Shown: positions 54,653 to 63,418 of the stretch, one piece after another
Layout: every line of letters begins with the position of its first letter
Numbering within the stretch: the stretch's first letter is position 1
Assembly: GCA_963674835.2 (NCBI GenBank)
Contig: CAXXKC010000003.1
Span: forward strand, 1,736,842 to 1,800,841
Reading direction: 5' to 3'
DNA: 64,000 bases
Source: Thermoguttaceae bacterium
GTDB taxonomy: Bacteria > Planctomycetota > Planctomycetia > Pirellulales > Thermoguttaceae
Program-made: the position numbers and the translations under genes
The notes under the pieces: model-generated
The model's input: the letters and a program-made list of their open reading frames with translations, nothing else
Databases searched by the model: none
Told to the model about the DNA's origin: nothing

Positions 54653-55687
54653 GTGAAAGCGGTCGTGAAGACGCGTCTTGAACCGGGAAACGTCGAGCTG
54701 ATCGACATGCCGGAGCCCACCGCAGGGCCGGGCCAGGTTGTGATCGAGGTGGCCAACGCGGGAATTTGCGGGACCGATATCCACATCTTCAAGAGCGAGT
54801 ATGTGATCAAGCCGCCGGTGATCCTCGGCCACGAGTTTTGCGGGACGGTCGTGGAGGTGGGCCCGGGTGTAACGCGGTTCCAACCGGGCGAGCGGGTGAC
54901 CGTGAATCCGTCGGCGGGAAGGCTATGCGGCAACTGCCGGTACTGCCAGATCGGAGCTCCGTTCTTCTGCATCGATCGGGCGGCGTTGGGCAGCGGTATG
55001 CACGGAGGGTTCGCCAAGTACTGCTGCGTGCGGCAGGAAGTCGTCTTCCGGTTGCCTGAGAACCTCGATTTCGAGACCGGTGCGCTGTGCGAACCGTTTG
55101 CGTGCGCCTTGCAGGCCGTCGTCGAACTCACAGTGATCAAGCCGGGGGACGTGGTGGTCGTGTCGGGGCCGGGCCCGATCGGGTTGATGTGCGCCGTGCT
55201 GGCTAAGACACACGGTGCCCGTGTGGTCATGCTGGGCACATCGGCGGACGCAGGCCGCATGGCAATCGCCCAGGGGCTTGGGATGGATTACACGGTCGAC
55301 GTTCAAACGGCAAACGCCAAGGCGCTATTGGATGATCTCACGCAAGGCTACGGGGCCGATGTAGTGATTGAATGTGCGGGGGTGGATGCTTCGGCGGCGC
55401 AGTGTCTGGAACTGGTGCGGAAGATGGGGCGGTACACGCAAGTGGGATTGTTTGGAAAGCCGCTCAGCCTGGACTTGGACAAGGTCGTTGTGAAGCAAGT
55501 GCACCTTCAGGGATCGATGTGCCACACCTGGGAGACGTGGGAGCGTACGATGCGATTCCTGAGGCAGGACATGATCGACCTGCACCCTTTCATCTCGCGG
55601 CGACTCCCTTTGAGCCAGTGGGAAGAGGGATTTCAGGGCGTGCTGGCGAAGAAAGACTTGAAAGTGTTACTGTATCCTGAGGAATGA
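54653..55687 (+). CDS. Zinc-dependent medium-chain alcohol/polyol dehydrogenase
   Basis: GTG start after AAGGAG. GICGTDIH..GHEFCGTVVEVG and VVVSGPGPIG (Rossmann fold). Confidence 0.85.
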   Translation: MKAVVKTRLEPGNVELIDMPEPTAGPGQVVIEVANAGICGTDIHIFKSEYVIKPPVILGHEFCGTVVEVGPGVTRFQPGERVTVNPSAGRLCGNCRYCQIGAPFFCIDRAALGSGMHGGFAKYCCVRQEVVFRLPENLDFETGALCEPFACALQAVVELTVIKPGDVVVVSGPGPIGLMCAVLAKTHGARVVMLGTSADAGRMAIAQGLGMDYTVDVQTANAKALLDDLTQGYGADVVIECAGVDASAAQCLELVRKMGRYTQVGLFGKPLSLDLDKVVVKQVHLQGSMCHTWETWERTMRFLRQDMIDLHPFISRRLPLSQWEEGFQGVLAKKDLKVLLYPEE

Positions 55688-55690
55688 GCG

Positions 55691-56446
55691 ATGGACTTGA
55701 AAGCCAAGATGCGCGAGGGCGGGTTCTGTGTCGGCCCGTTTATGAAGTCGGCCAGCGCGGCGATTGTCGAGGTCTCGGGCTACGCCGGGTTGGACTTCGT
55801 GCTGTTGGACATGGAACACGGCCCGGTGTCGTACGAGACGTTGGAACATCATATCCTGGCTGCCGAGCGGGTCGGCACTGCTCCGATCGTGCGGGTAGGA
55901 GCGATCACCGAGTCGGCGATTATCCGGCCGTTGGACAAGGGGGCGGCAGGCGTGTTGGTGCCCCACGTCGATTCGAAATCCATGGCCGCGGACGTCATTC
56001 GCTTTTCGCGATTCGCGCCGCAGGGCGAGCGCGGCATGGATATCTACTCCCGGGCCGCCCAGTACGGCCATGTGCCGAGGCAGGAGTATCTGCGACGGGC
56101 CAACGAAGGTACTTTGCTGGCAATCCAGATCGAAGGGGCGGAAGGGCTGCACAACCTGGACGAGATTCTGGCCGTGCCGGGGAGCGACGTGGTCTTCATC
56201 GGTCCTTATGACCTTTCTCAGTCGCTGGGTCTTCCCGGTCAGATCGACCATCCGGAAGTGGTTCGGACGGTGGAACAGATCGTCGAACGGGTGAGGAAGA
56301 GCGGACGGTATGCGGGCATGTACGTCGACGACATACCGGCCGCGCAGAAGTGGATCGGTCTCGGGGTTCAGTTCATCGCCCTATCGGTCGACACGGTCAT
56401 CTATTACCAGGCGTGCAAGAGGCTTGTGGCCGCCTTGCGCGGGTGA
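55691..56446 (+). CDS. HpcH/HpaI-family 2-keto-3-deoxy-acid aldolase
   Basis: GLDFVLLDMEHG..PIVRV..GVLVPHV..IQIEG..FIGPYDLS. Confidence 0.8.
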   Translation: MDLKAKMREGGFCVGPFMKSASAAIVEVSGYAGLDFVLLDMEHGPVSYETLEHHILAAERVGTAPIVRVGAITESAIIRPLDKGAAGVLVPHVDSKSMAADVIRFSRFAPQGERGMDIYSRAAQYGHVPRQEYLRRANEGTLLAIQIEGAEGLHNLDEILAVPGSDVVFIGPYDLSQSLGLPGQIDHPEVVRTVEQIVERVRKSGRYAGMYVDDIPAAQKWIGLGVQFIALSVDTVIYYQACKRLVAALRG

Positions 56447-56540
56447 GGGGGCGCTTGATTTGTTCGGCGGACCCGTTCACGATATGCTTGATAGCGTAGT
56501 GCGTCTGTTGAATCCTCCTTTGGCCGACGAGCATCCTGCC

Positions 56541-57851
56541 ATGCGTAATGCGCTTCCGCGACGTACCTTCCTGAAGACGTCAGCCGCCGTGCTGGCCACA
56601 GCGCCTTTCGTCCACGCGGCTGAAGGCCAGCCGAGTGCCCAAGGCGGCAAGGGCGTGGGGCCCAACGAGGCGATTCGTACGGCAATCCTGGGCGTTCATG
56701 GCCAGGGGAAGAACCACATCGTCTACCACCAAGCGGTCCCCGGCGTGCGGGTTGCGACGCTTTGCGATCCGGACGAAGGTCTGCTGGCCGAGCGGGCAAC
56801 GCTGGTTCCCGGCGTGAAGACCGAGACCGATCTGCGCCGCGTGCTCGATGACAAGGACATCGATTGCGTTTTGATCGCCATGCCCAATTTCTGGCATGCT
56901 TTGGCGACTGTCTGGGCATGCCAGGCCGGCAAGGACGTTTACGTTGAGAAGCCGGCCACGTATTGCATCGCCGAAGGAAGCAAGATGATCGAGGCCGGTC
57001 GGAAGTACGATCGGGTCGTGCAGAACGGCACGCACATGCGGGCCCAGACCGGCCGCGCGGAGGCGGTCAAGCTAATGCGGGAAGGACTGCTGGGCGACCT
57101 GTACATGGTACGGGCTTTCATCTACAACCCACGGGATGGTATCGGCCGCCAAGACGATTGCGCCGTGCCCCAAGGGGTCCATTACGATTTGTGGATGGGC
57201 CCCAGCGCCGAGCAGTCGTTCAATCCGAATCGCTTCCACTACAACTGGCATTGGTTCTGGGAGACGGGCAACGGTGAGATCGGCAACAATGGTCCCCATA
57301 TCGCCGACATGGTGATTCAGGGCATCGACCGACAGGAGACGCTGCCGAAGAAGATCGCCAGCCAGGGTGGACGCTATGCGTGGAGCGACCAGGGACAGAC
57401 GCCGAATACGCAAGTGACCACCTACACGTATGACGACGGTCTTCTGCTCACACTGGACATTCGCAATTTGCCATCGAACAAGGAAGCAGACATCGCCGAG
57501 GGTGCGATCTTCTATGGTCCCAAGGGCTACCTGGTGTTGCACGCCGACGGCACGTACGAGTCGGTGATCGACAAGAAGCCCGGCCCGAACGGCAAGGGCG
57601 GCGGTGCGCATCGAGAGTTGCTGCGCAACTTCTACGACGTGGTGCGCAGCCGTAGGACCTCGGATCTTCTGGCCCCCGTGAAGTACGGCCGCACGGCGGC
57701 GGCGCTGTGCCACTTGGGCAACATCGCCTATAGGCTGGGGCGTACGGTCGAGTTCGATCCCAAGACCGAGACGTTTCCGGGCGATGAAAAGGCCAACGCC
57801 CTGTTGACCCGCACATACCGTGCCGGGTTCGTCATGCCTGAGAAGGTGTGA
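56541..57851 (+). CDS. Tat-signal Gfo/Idh/MocA-family oxidoreductase
   Basis: Trimmed to ATG 56541 (MRNALPRRTFLKTSAAVLA). IRTAILGVHGQGKNH (Rossmann fold) and VYVEKP. Confidence 0.8.
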   Translation: MRNALPRRTFLKTSAAVLATAPFVHAAEGQPSAQGGKGVGPNEAIRTAILGVHGQGKNHIVYHQAVPGVRVATLCDPDEGLLAERATLVPGVKTETDLRRVLDDKDIDCVLIAMPNFWHALATVWACQAGKDVYVEKPATYCIAEGSKMIEAGRKYDRVVQNGTHMRAQTGRAEAVKLMREGLLGDLYMVRAFIYNPRDGIGRQDDCAVPQGVHYDLWMGPSAEQSFNPNRFHYNWHWFWETGNGEIGNNGPHIADMVIQGIDRQETLPKKIASQGGRYAWSDQGQTPNTQVTTYTYDDGLLLTLDIRNLPSNKEADIAEGAIFYGPKGYLVLHADGTYESVIDKKPGPNGKGGGAHRELLRNFYDVVRSRRTSDLLAPVKYGRTAAALCHLGNIAYRLGRTVEFDPKTETFPGDEKANALLTRTYRAGFVMPEKV

Positions 57852-58122
57852 CGGTCTGCGCTCACGAGCCTGCGCGGCATTTCGGAGGATGGCCACGTCG
57901 CATGGCAGCCGTGCTGTCGGCCCGGGCGGCGCGACGAACTCCGAGGGTGAGAAGACTCGCAAAGGTGCGAGCGATAGACTAGACTAGTCACCGTTTGGAG
58001 TCGGGGGTGGGTCTTGCGTGGCCGATTGGCATAGCCGGGCGAGCAGCAGTGGTGTCGCAAGCGCAGGTTTGACGGAGTCCCGGGGTTGATTCGGCACGGA
58101 CAACGGGCGCATTGCACTTTGA

Positions 58123-60045
58123 ATGAGGATCAAGCCGATGGAGTCTGTCTTTTGCCGCGTTTCCGGCTGGTATCTCTGCGTGTTCTGGATGGTGGGCGTG
58201 GCGTGTGTTGCAGCGCCGACCCGGCTGTACGCTGATGAGGTACGTTCGCCAGACGGCAAGCTCGTCGTTTCGTTCGAGGTGGTGTCGGTCGACCAACACG
58301 ACGGGTGCTTGGTGTATCGCATGGCGTACGACGGAAAGCCGGTACTGGCGGATAGCCGCCTGGGACTGGTGGCCGACGGTGGAGCGGCGTGGGACCGGGG
58401 CTGGCGCGTGACGGGCGTCACAACGGCCAGCGGCGACCAGACGTGGACGCCCGTTTGCGGCGAGCGCAGTCGCATTCGCGACCACTACAACGAAATGACG
58501 GTCAGTCTGCAAAACGACGCGACTCCGCAGGGGCAGCTTCGTTTGATCTTCCGTGCTTACGACGAGGGTGCGGCGTTCTGCTACGAGTTGCCGAAGCAGG
58601 AGGGGCCGCAGCCGCTGAAGTTCGCAGCGGAGCGAAGCGAGTTTTCGTTCACGGGCAATTGGATGTGCTGGCCGGTGTATTCGGCGCAGGGCGTGTACAC
58701 GACGGTCCTGCTGGACCAAGTGAAGCCAAATTGCGAGCGGCCGCTGGTGGTCGAGATTGCCGGGGGTCCGTATGTGGCGGTCGGCGAGGCGCGGCTGGTC
58801 GATTACGCTCGGATGCGTCTGGAGCCAGCAGGGAAACCGCACACCATCCGGAGCATGCTGGCGGGCCCCGTGGTAATGGAGCTTCCGTATCGGACGCCAT
58901 GGCGTGTCGTGATGGTCGGGCAGACGCCCGGTGAGTTGTTGGAGCACAACGATCTGATCCTCAATTTGAACGCTCCCTGCGCGCTGGCGGACACATCGTG
59001 GATACGGCCGGGGAAAGTGATCCGCGAGGTGACGCTGACCACCGCGGGCGGCAAGGCCTGCATCGACTTCGCGGTGAAGCGCGGCTTGCAGTTCGTCGAG
59101 TATGACGCGGGCTGGTACGGCCATGAGTATGACGATGCGTCGAATGCGACGACCGTTTCGCCGGACCGTAAGAAGTCAAATGCTGCGGGGGGCCTCGACC
59201 TTCAGGAGGTCATCCGCTACGGCAACGAGCGGGGCATCGGCATTGTGCTTTACGTGAATCGTCGGGAGTTGGAACACCGGCTCGACGAGATTCTTCCGCT
59301 GTACGAGCAATGGGGCGTGAAGGGCGTGAAGTACGGCTTCGTGAACGTCGGCAGCCAGCATTGGACGACGTGGCTCCATGAGGCGGTGCGTAAGGCGGCA
59401 CGCCACCGGTTGATGGTCGACGTTCATGACGAGTATCGCCCGACGGGATACGAGCGCACGTATCCTAACCTGATGACGCAAGAGGGTATCCGGGGCAACG
59501 AATGCATGCCGCCGGCGGAGCACAACCTGATACTGCCGTTTACTCGGATGCTCTGCGGCCCGGCCGACTACACGGTTTGCTGGTATGCCAGCCGTATCCA
59601 GACCAGCCACGCGCACCAGTTGGCTTGCCCGGTGGTGTACTACAGCCCCTGGCAGTTCCTGCACTGGTATGATCGGCCGGCGCAATACCGTGGCGAGCCT
59701 GAGCTGGATTTCTTCAAGGTCGTGCCAGCCGTTTGGGATGACACGCGAGTGATCCAGGGCGAGATCGGACAGTACATCACGGTCGCGCGGCGCACCGGTG
59801 AGCAGTGGTTTGTGGGGACCATGAATGCCCAGAAGCGGCGCCAGTTGCAGATCCCGCTGGGCTTTCTGCCGGAGGGGCGCCGCTGCACGGCCACGATCTA
59901 TGGCGACGCGTTTCCCAACGGCGAAGACTCGAAGGCGGTGAAGATTGAGGAGCGCCCGGTCGATGCTCGCACTGTTTTGACGGCCGACCTGGCGGCCAAC
60001 GGCGGCCAAGCGATCCACCTTGTGCCGGCAGACTCAGCCCGGTGA
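58123..60045 (+). CDS. GH97-like glycoside hydrolase
   Basis: Signal peptide. GVKGVKYGFVN, HRLMVDVHDEYRPTGYERTYPNLMTQEGIRGNE and WQFLHWYD are typical GH97 blocks as I recall them. Confidence 0.7.
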   Translation: MRIKPMESVFCRVSGWYLCVFWMVGVACVAAPTRLYADEVRSPDGKLVVSFEVVSVDQHDGCLVYRMAYDGKPVLADSRLGLVADGGAAWDRGWRVTGVTTASGDQTWTPVCGERSRIRDHYNEMTVSLQNDATPQGQLRLIFRAYDEGAAFCYELPKQEGPQPLKFAAERSEFSFTGNWMCWPVYSAQGVYTTVLLDQVKPNCERPLVVEIAGGPYVAVGEARLVDYARMRLEPAGKPHTIRSMLAGPVVMELPYRTPWRVVMVGQTPGELLEHNDLILNLNAPCALADTSWIRPGKVIREVTLTTAGGKACIDFAVKRGLQFVEYDAGWYGHEYDDASNATTVSPDRKKSNAAGGLDLQEVIRYGNERGIGIVLYVNRRELEHRLDEILPLYEQWGVKGVKYGFVNVGSQHWTTWLHEAVRKAARHRLMVDVHDEYRPTGYERTYPNLMTQEGIRGNECMPPAEHNLILPFTRMLCGPADYTVCWYASRIQTSHAHQLACPVVYYSPWQFLHWYDRPAQYRGEPELDFFKVVPAVWDDTRVIQGEIGQYITVARRTGEQWFVGTMNAQKRRQLQIPLGFLPEGRRCTATIYGDAFPNGEDSKAVKIEERPVDARTVLTADLAANGGQAIHLVPADSAR

Positions 60046-60329
60046 TGAAGCTCGATCTGAGCCGTGGCTGATGGTTCTCCAATCTGGAAGGACGGTTGGA
60101 CGCGACCGCATGTGCCGCGGCGTTGGACCGCTGATGCCGTCACTTGCCGGCTTGCGGAGAGCGATGGAAGGTCGGTATGTTCGTAAGGGGGGGCACTGCG
60201 TGGCGTTCGGCCATCCCCTCACCTTTGCCCGCTTCCCTACCTTTCCGCTCTTGCCGCGATCCCGTGCCTGACCGTGTACTTGCCACCACGCTGGGGCAAC
60301 CTGCCCTAGGACCGGTTTGCGGGCTTTTC

Positions 60330-60335
60330 TATAAT
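60330..60335 (+). promoter_or_regulatory. Possible -10 box (TATAAT) upstream of parA
   Basis: A perfect TATAAT in otherwise GC-rich DNA, 57 nt upstream of ATG 60392. The -35 at 17-nt spacing is only TAGGAC. Confidence 0.25.
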
Positions 60336-60391
60336 CGGCGTCTTGGGCCTGGTAAGCGTTTTGGTGGATGGCCTATGTGGAGAAGGATCTC

Positions 60392-61195
60392 ATGCGACGC
60401 ATCGCGATCATGAATCAGAAGGGTGGCGTCGGCAAGACGACGACCGCGGTGAACGTGTCGGCGGCGTTGGCAGCGACGGGACAGCGGGTATGCCTGATCG
60501 ATCTGGATCCCCAGGCCCACGCGACGCTGCACTTCGGGATCGAACCGCGGCCGCAGAGCACATCGATCTACGACGTGCTGGTTTCGAAGACGAAGCTGGC
60601 CGAGGTCCGGCGACACGTGGACGAGCATCTCTGGGTGGTGGGATCGCATCTGGACCTGGCAGCCGCGGAGTTGGAACTGTCCGGCGTGGTGGGGCGCGAA
60701 CAGATCCTACGGGACAAGCTGGCCGAAGACACGGAGGAGTTCGACTACCTGTTTATCGACTGCCCTCCGTCGCTGGGCGTGCTCACGCTGAACGCGTTGA
60801 CGGCGGCCGATGAGGTATTCATTCCACTGCAGCCGCACTTTCTGGCTTTGCACGGCTTGAGCAAGTTGCTGGAGACCATCGACCTGGTGGCGCGGCGGCT
60901 TAACCACCGGCTGAAGCTCAGTGGAGTGATCCTGTGCATGTTCGACGGCACGACCAGGCTAGCCGGCGAGGTCAGTCAGGACGTCGACCGTTTCTTCAAC
61001 GACAGCCGACACGAAAAGACACCCTGGGCGGACGCTCATACGTTTCAAACCCGGATCCGGCGGAACGTCCGGTTGGCGGAAGCTCCCAGTTTCGGCCAAT
61101 CGATTTTCCAGTACGCACCGACGTCGAACGGCGCTGAAGACTACCGGCTGTTGGCCGAAGAGATACTGACGTTGGCGCCGGCGGCTTCAACGTAG
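60392..61195 (+). CDS. parA: ParA/Soj-family ATPase
   Basis: Trimmed to ATG 60392 (GGAGAAGGA upstream). Deviant Walker A NQKGGVGKTT. DLDPQ and IDCPPSLG are present. Confidence 0.9.
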   Translation: MRRIAIMNQKGGVGKTTTAVNVSAALAATGQRVCLIDLDPQAHATLHFGIEPRPQSTSIYDVLVSKTKLAEVRRHVDEHLWVVGSHLDLAAAELELSGVVGREQILRDKLAEDTEEFDYLFIDCPPSLGVLTLNALTAADEVFIPLQPHFLALHGLSKLLETIDLVARRLNHRLKLSGVILCMFDGTTRLAGEVSQDVDRFFNDSRHEKTPWADAHTFQTRIRRNVRLAEAPSFGQSIFQYAPTSNGAEDYRLLAEEILTLAPAAST

Positions 61196-61235
61196 TCCGG
61201 AGACAGGCGGCGGCGACCGGTGACGGTGGAGTGCC

Positions 61236-61287
61236 GGCAAAGAAAGGCACAAGGACGCGGAACCGAGCTTGCGGCACCACGTCCTTG
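61236..61287 (-). terminator. Putative intrinsic terminator downstream of rplU
   Basis: The minus strand forms CAAGGACG...CGTCCTTG (8-bp outer stem at 61250..61257 / 61280..61287, with further pairing in the loop). It is followed by UGCCUUUCUUUGCC. Confidence 0.4.
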
Positions 61288-61321
61288 AGGGTCTCGTTCC
61301 TACCGATGGTTCGAATGAGTC

Positions 61322-61633
61322 TCAGGCTTCGATCTTGCTGATCTTCACTCGGGTATGGATTTGCCGGTGGCCGGTCTTGCGGCGGTAGGTCTTGCGGCGA
61401 CGAAGCTTCTGGACGGTGATCTTCGGGCCGCGTGCCACGCTGAGCACCTCGGCTGTGACCGTGGCTCCCGCCAGGGTGGGCTGGCCGACCTTGAGGCCGT
61501 CGTCGTCGCGGTAGGCCAGAACTCGCTCGAAGGTGATCTCCTCGCCGCTGGGGACCTCGCGGTAGTCGATATCCAACTCCTGGTCCTGCTCGACCTTAAA
61601 CTGCCGGCCGCCGTCTTCGATAATCGCGTACAT
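61322..61633 (-). CDS. rplU: 50S ribosomal protein L21
   Basis: MYAIIEDGGRQFKVEQDQ...GPKITVQKLRRRKTYRRKTGHRQ, 103 aa. Confidence 0.95.
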   Translation of the reverse strand: MYAIIEDGGRQFKVEQDQELDIDYREVPSGEEITFERVLAYRDDDGLKVGQPTLAGATVTAEVLSVARGPKITVQKLRRRKTYRRKTGHRQIHTRVKISKIEA

Positions 61634-61705
61634 CGGGAATCCTGACTGTGTTAGCTTTACAGATAGCCCCTTAGTTTACCGCAGGGGTGGGCGAGTGTTC
61701 AAGGG

Positions 61706-63328
61706 CTACGTCCAGGAGAATTTGACGTCTCGGTGCTCGCTGTCGCGGCACTGCACAATGAGATGTTCGGGCGAAACATCTTCTATACCAATCACTTGCA
61801 CCGTCATACCGCCCATGTCTTCGAGCCGGGTCAGCTCGCGTCGCTTGCGGTTGTTCAGGTACTCGGCGACGTCTTCGGCGACGGTGATCGTCACTTCCTT
61901 GATGTCGCCGCATTGGCCGGCAAGGATGAGCAGGCGAATCACCTCGATGGCCATGCTCTCGGCCGTCTTGATCTGGCCGGTCCCCCGGCAGGCGGGGCAA
62001 TCGCGGAAGACGCTCCGCTTGAGGCTCGGGCGAATCCTCTGGCGAGTCATTTCGACCAGCCCAAATGGACTAGTGCGGAGAATCTTGGTGCGGGCACGGT
62101 CGCGTTTGACGGCGTCGCGCAACGCCCGCTCGACGCCGCGACGGTGCTTCTCCTTGCGCATGTCGATGAAGTCGTTGACGATCACGCCACCGAGGTCGCG
62201 TAGGCGGATCTGACGGGCGATTTCCTTGGCCGCCAGGAGGTTCATCTGGTAGGCGGTCTCCTCGGCGGAATCGTCGGCGCGGAAGTTGCCGCTGTTGACA
62301 TCGATGGCCACCAGGGCTTCGGTCTGGTCGATGACGATCGAGCCGCCTTGCTTCAAGGGGACCTCGCGACGGTGGATCTTGGCGATCTCTTCGTCCATGT
62401 GGTACTTGTGGAAGAGGGGCTCCTTGCCTTCGTACAGTTGCAGCCGGCTGACGTGGCGGGGCATGACGAGTTGAAGGAATTCCCGGGCGCGCTCGTAGGC
62501 CGAGGGACCGTCTATATAGATCGTGTCGATCTCGGCGGTGAAGATATCGCGGATGGTCCGGATGATCATGTCGCTTTCTTCGTAGATGTCGACAGGTGCC
62601 GACAGCTTCTTGATCCGGCGCACAATAACCTTCCAGAGGCGAAGAAGATAGGCCAAGTCGCGCGAGAGCTCTTTGCGGGTGCGGTCAGAGCCGGCCGTGC
62701 GGACGATGAACCCCAGTCCCTTGGGCGGATTCAAGTCGAGCATGATGTCGCGGAGGCGGCGTCGCGTGTCTTCGTCTTCGATCTTGCGAGAGACTCCGAC
62801 GCGTCCCAGCGCCGGCATGAGGACGAGATATCGACCGGGGATGCTGATATAGGTGGAGAGCGTCGGTCCTTTGGTGCCGATTCCCTCCTTGATCACCTGC
62901 ACCACGACTTCGTCGCCGCGACGGAGGATTTCCTGGATGGGAGGCTTGATCCGGGGGCGCCCGCCGGTGCGAAAGTTGCGGTTGCGTCCGCGGGGAGCGT
63001 TTTCGTCCTCGGTGCTGGACTCCTCACGGTCGCTGGGCCTTCGCCGTCCGCCGGGCTCGATGGGCCGTTCGGGATCATAGCCGCCCTGGCGGAAGTATTG
63101 CGGCTCGATATCGCTGATGTGCAGGAAGCCGTTGCGCCCGACGCCAAAATCGACGAATGCGGCCTGGATGCTCGGCTCCAGGTTGACGACAACGCCTTTG
63201 TAGATGTTGCCTACGTAGCTATCCTGTCCGGTGCGTTCGACATAGAGTTCTTCGAGGAGTCCATCCTCAACGATCGCAATACGGCATTCCTCCGGCTGCG
63301 ACACGTTGATCAACATTTCCTGTTTCAT
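61706..63328 (-). CDS. rng: Ribonuclease E/G family protein
   Basis: Trimmed to ATG 63328 (MKQEMLINV). S1 domain GNIYKGVVVNLEPSIQAAFVDFG. Catalytic region ...IVIDQTEALVAIDVNSG... and the zinc-link CPACRGTG. Confidence 0.9.
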   Translation of the reverse strand: MKQEMLINVSQPEECRIAIVEDGLLEELYVERTGQDSYVGNIYKGVVVNLEPSIQAAFVDFGVGRNGFLHISDIEPQYFRQGGYDPERPIEPGGRRRPSDREESSTEDENAPRGRNRNFRTGGRPRIKPPIQEILRRGDEVVVQVIKEGIGTKGPTLSTYISIPGRYLVLMPALGRVGVSRKIEDEDTRRRLRDIMLDLNPPKGLGFIVRTAGSDRTRKELSRDLAYLLRLWKVIVRRIKKLSAPVDIYEESDMIIRTIRDIFTAEIDTIYIDGPSAYERAREFLQLVMPRHVSRLQLYEGKEPLFHKYHMDEEIAKIHRREVPLKQGGSIVIDQTEALVAIDVNSGNFRADDSAEETAYQMNLLAAKEIARQIRLRDLGGVIVNDFIDMRKEKHRRGVERALRDAVKRDRARTKILRTSPFGLVEMTRQRIRPSLKRSVFRDCPACRGTGQIKTAESMAIEVIRLLILAGQCGDIKEVTITVAEDVAEYLNNRKRRELTRLEDMGGMTVQVIGIEDVSPEHLIVQCRDSEHRDVKFSWT

Positions 63329-63418
63329 GGGTGTTTTTCTTATCCGGCAAGGTCGGCGAGTACGCACGGCCGTGGCACGCGGAGAGGCGGTTGTCGGAGT
63401 TCGCATCGTAGGTTGGCA

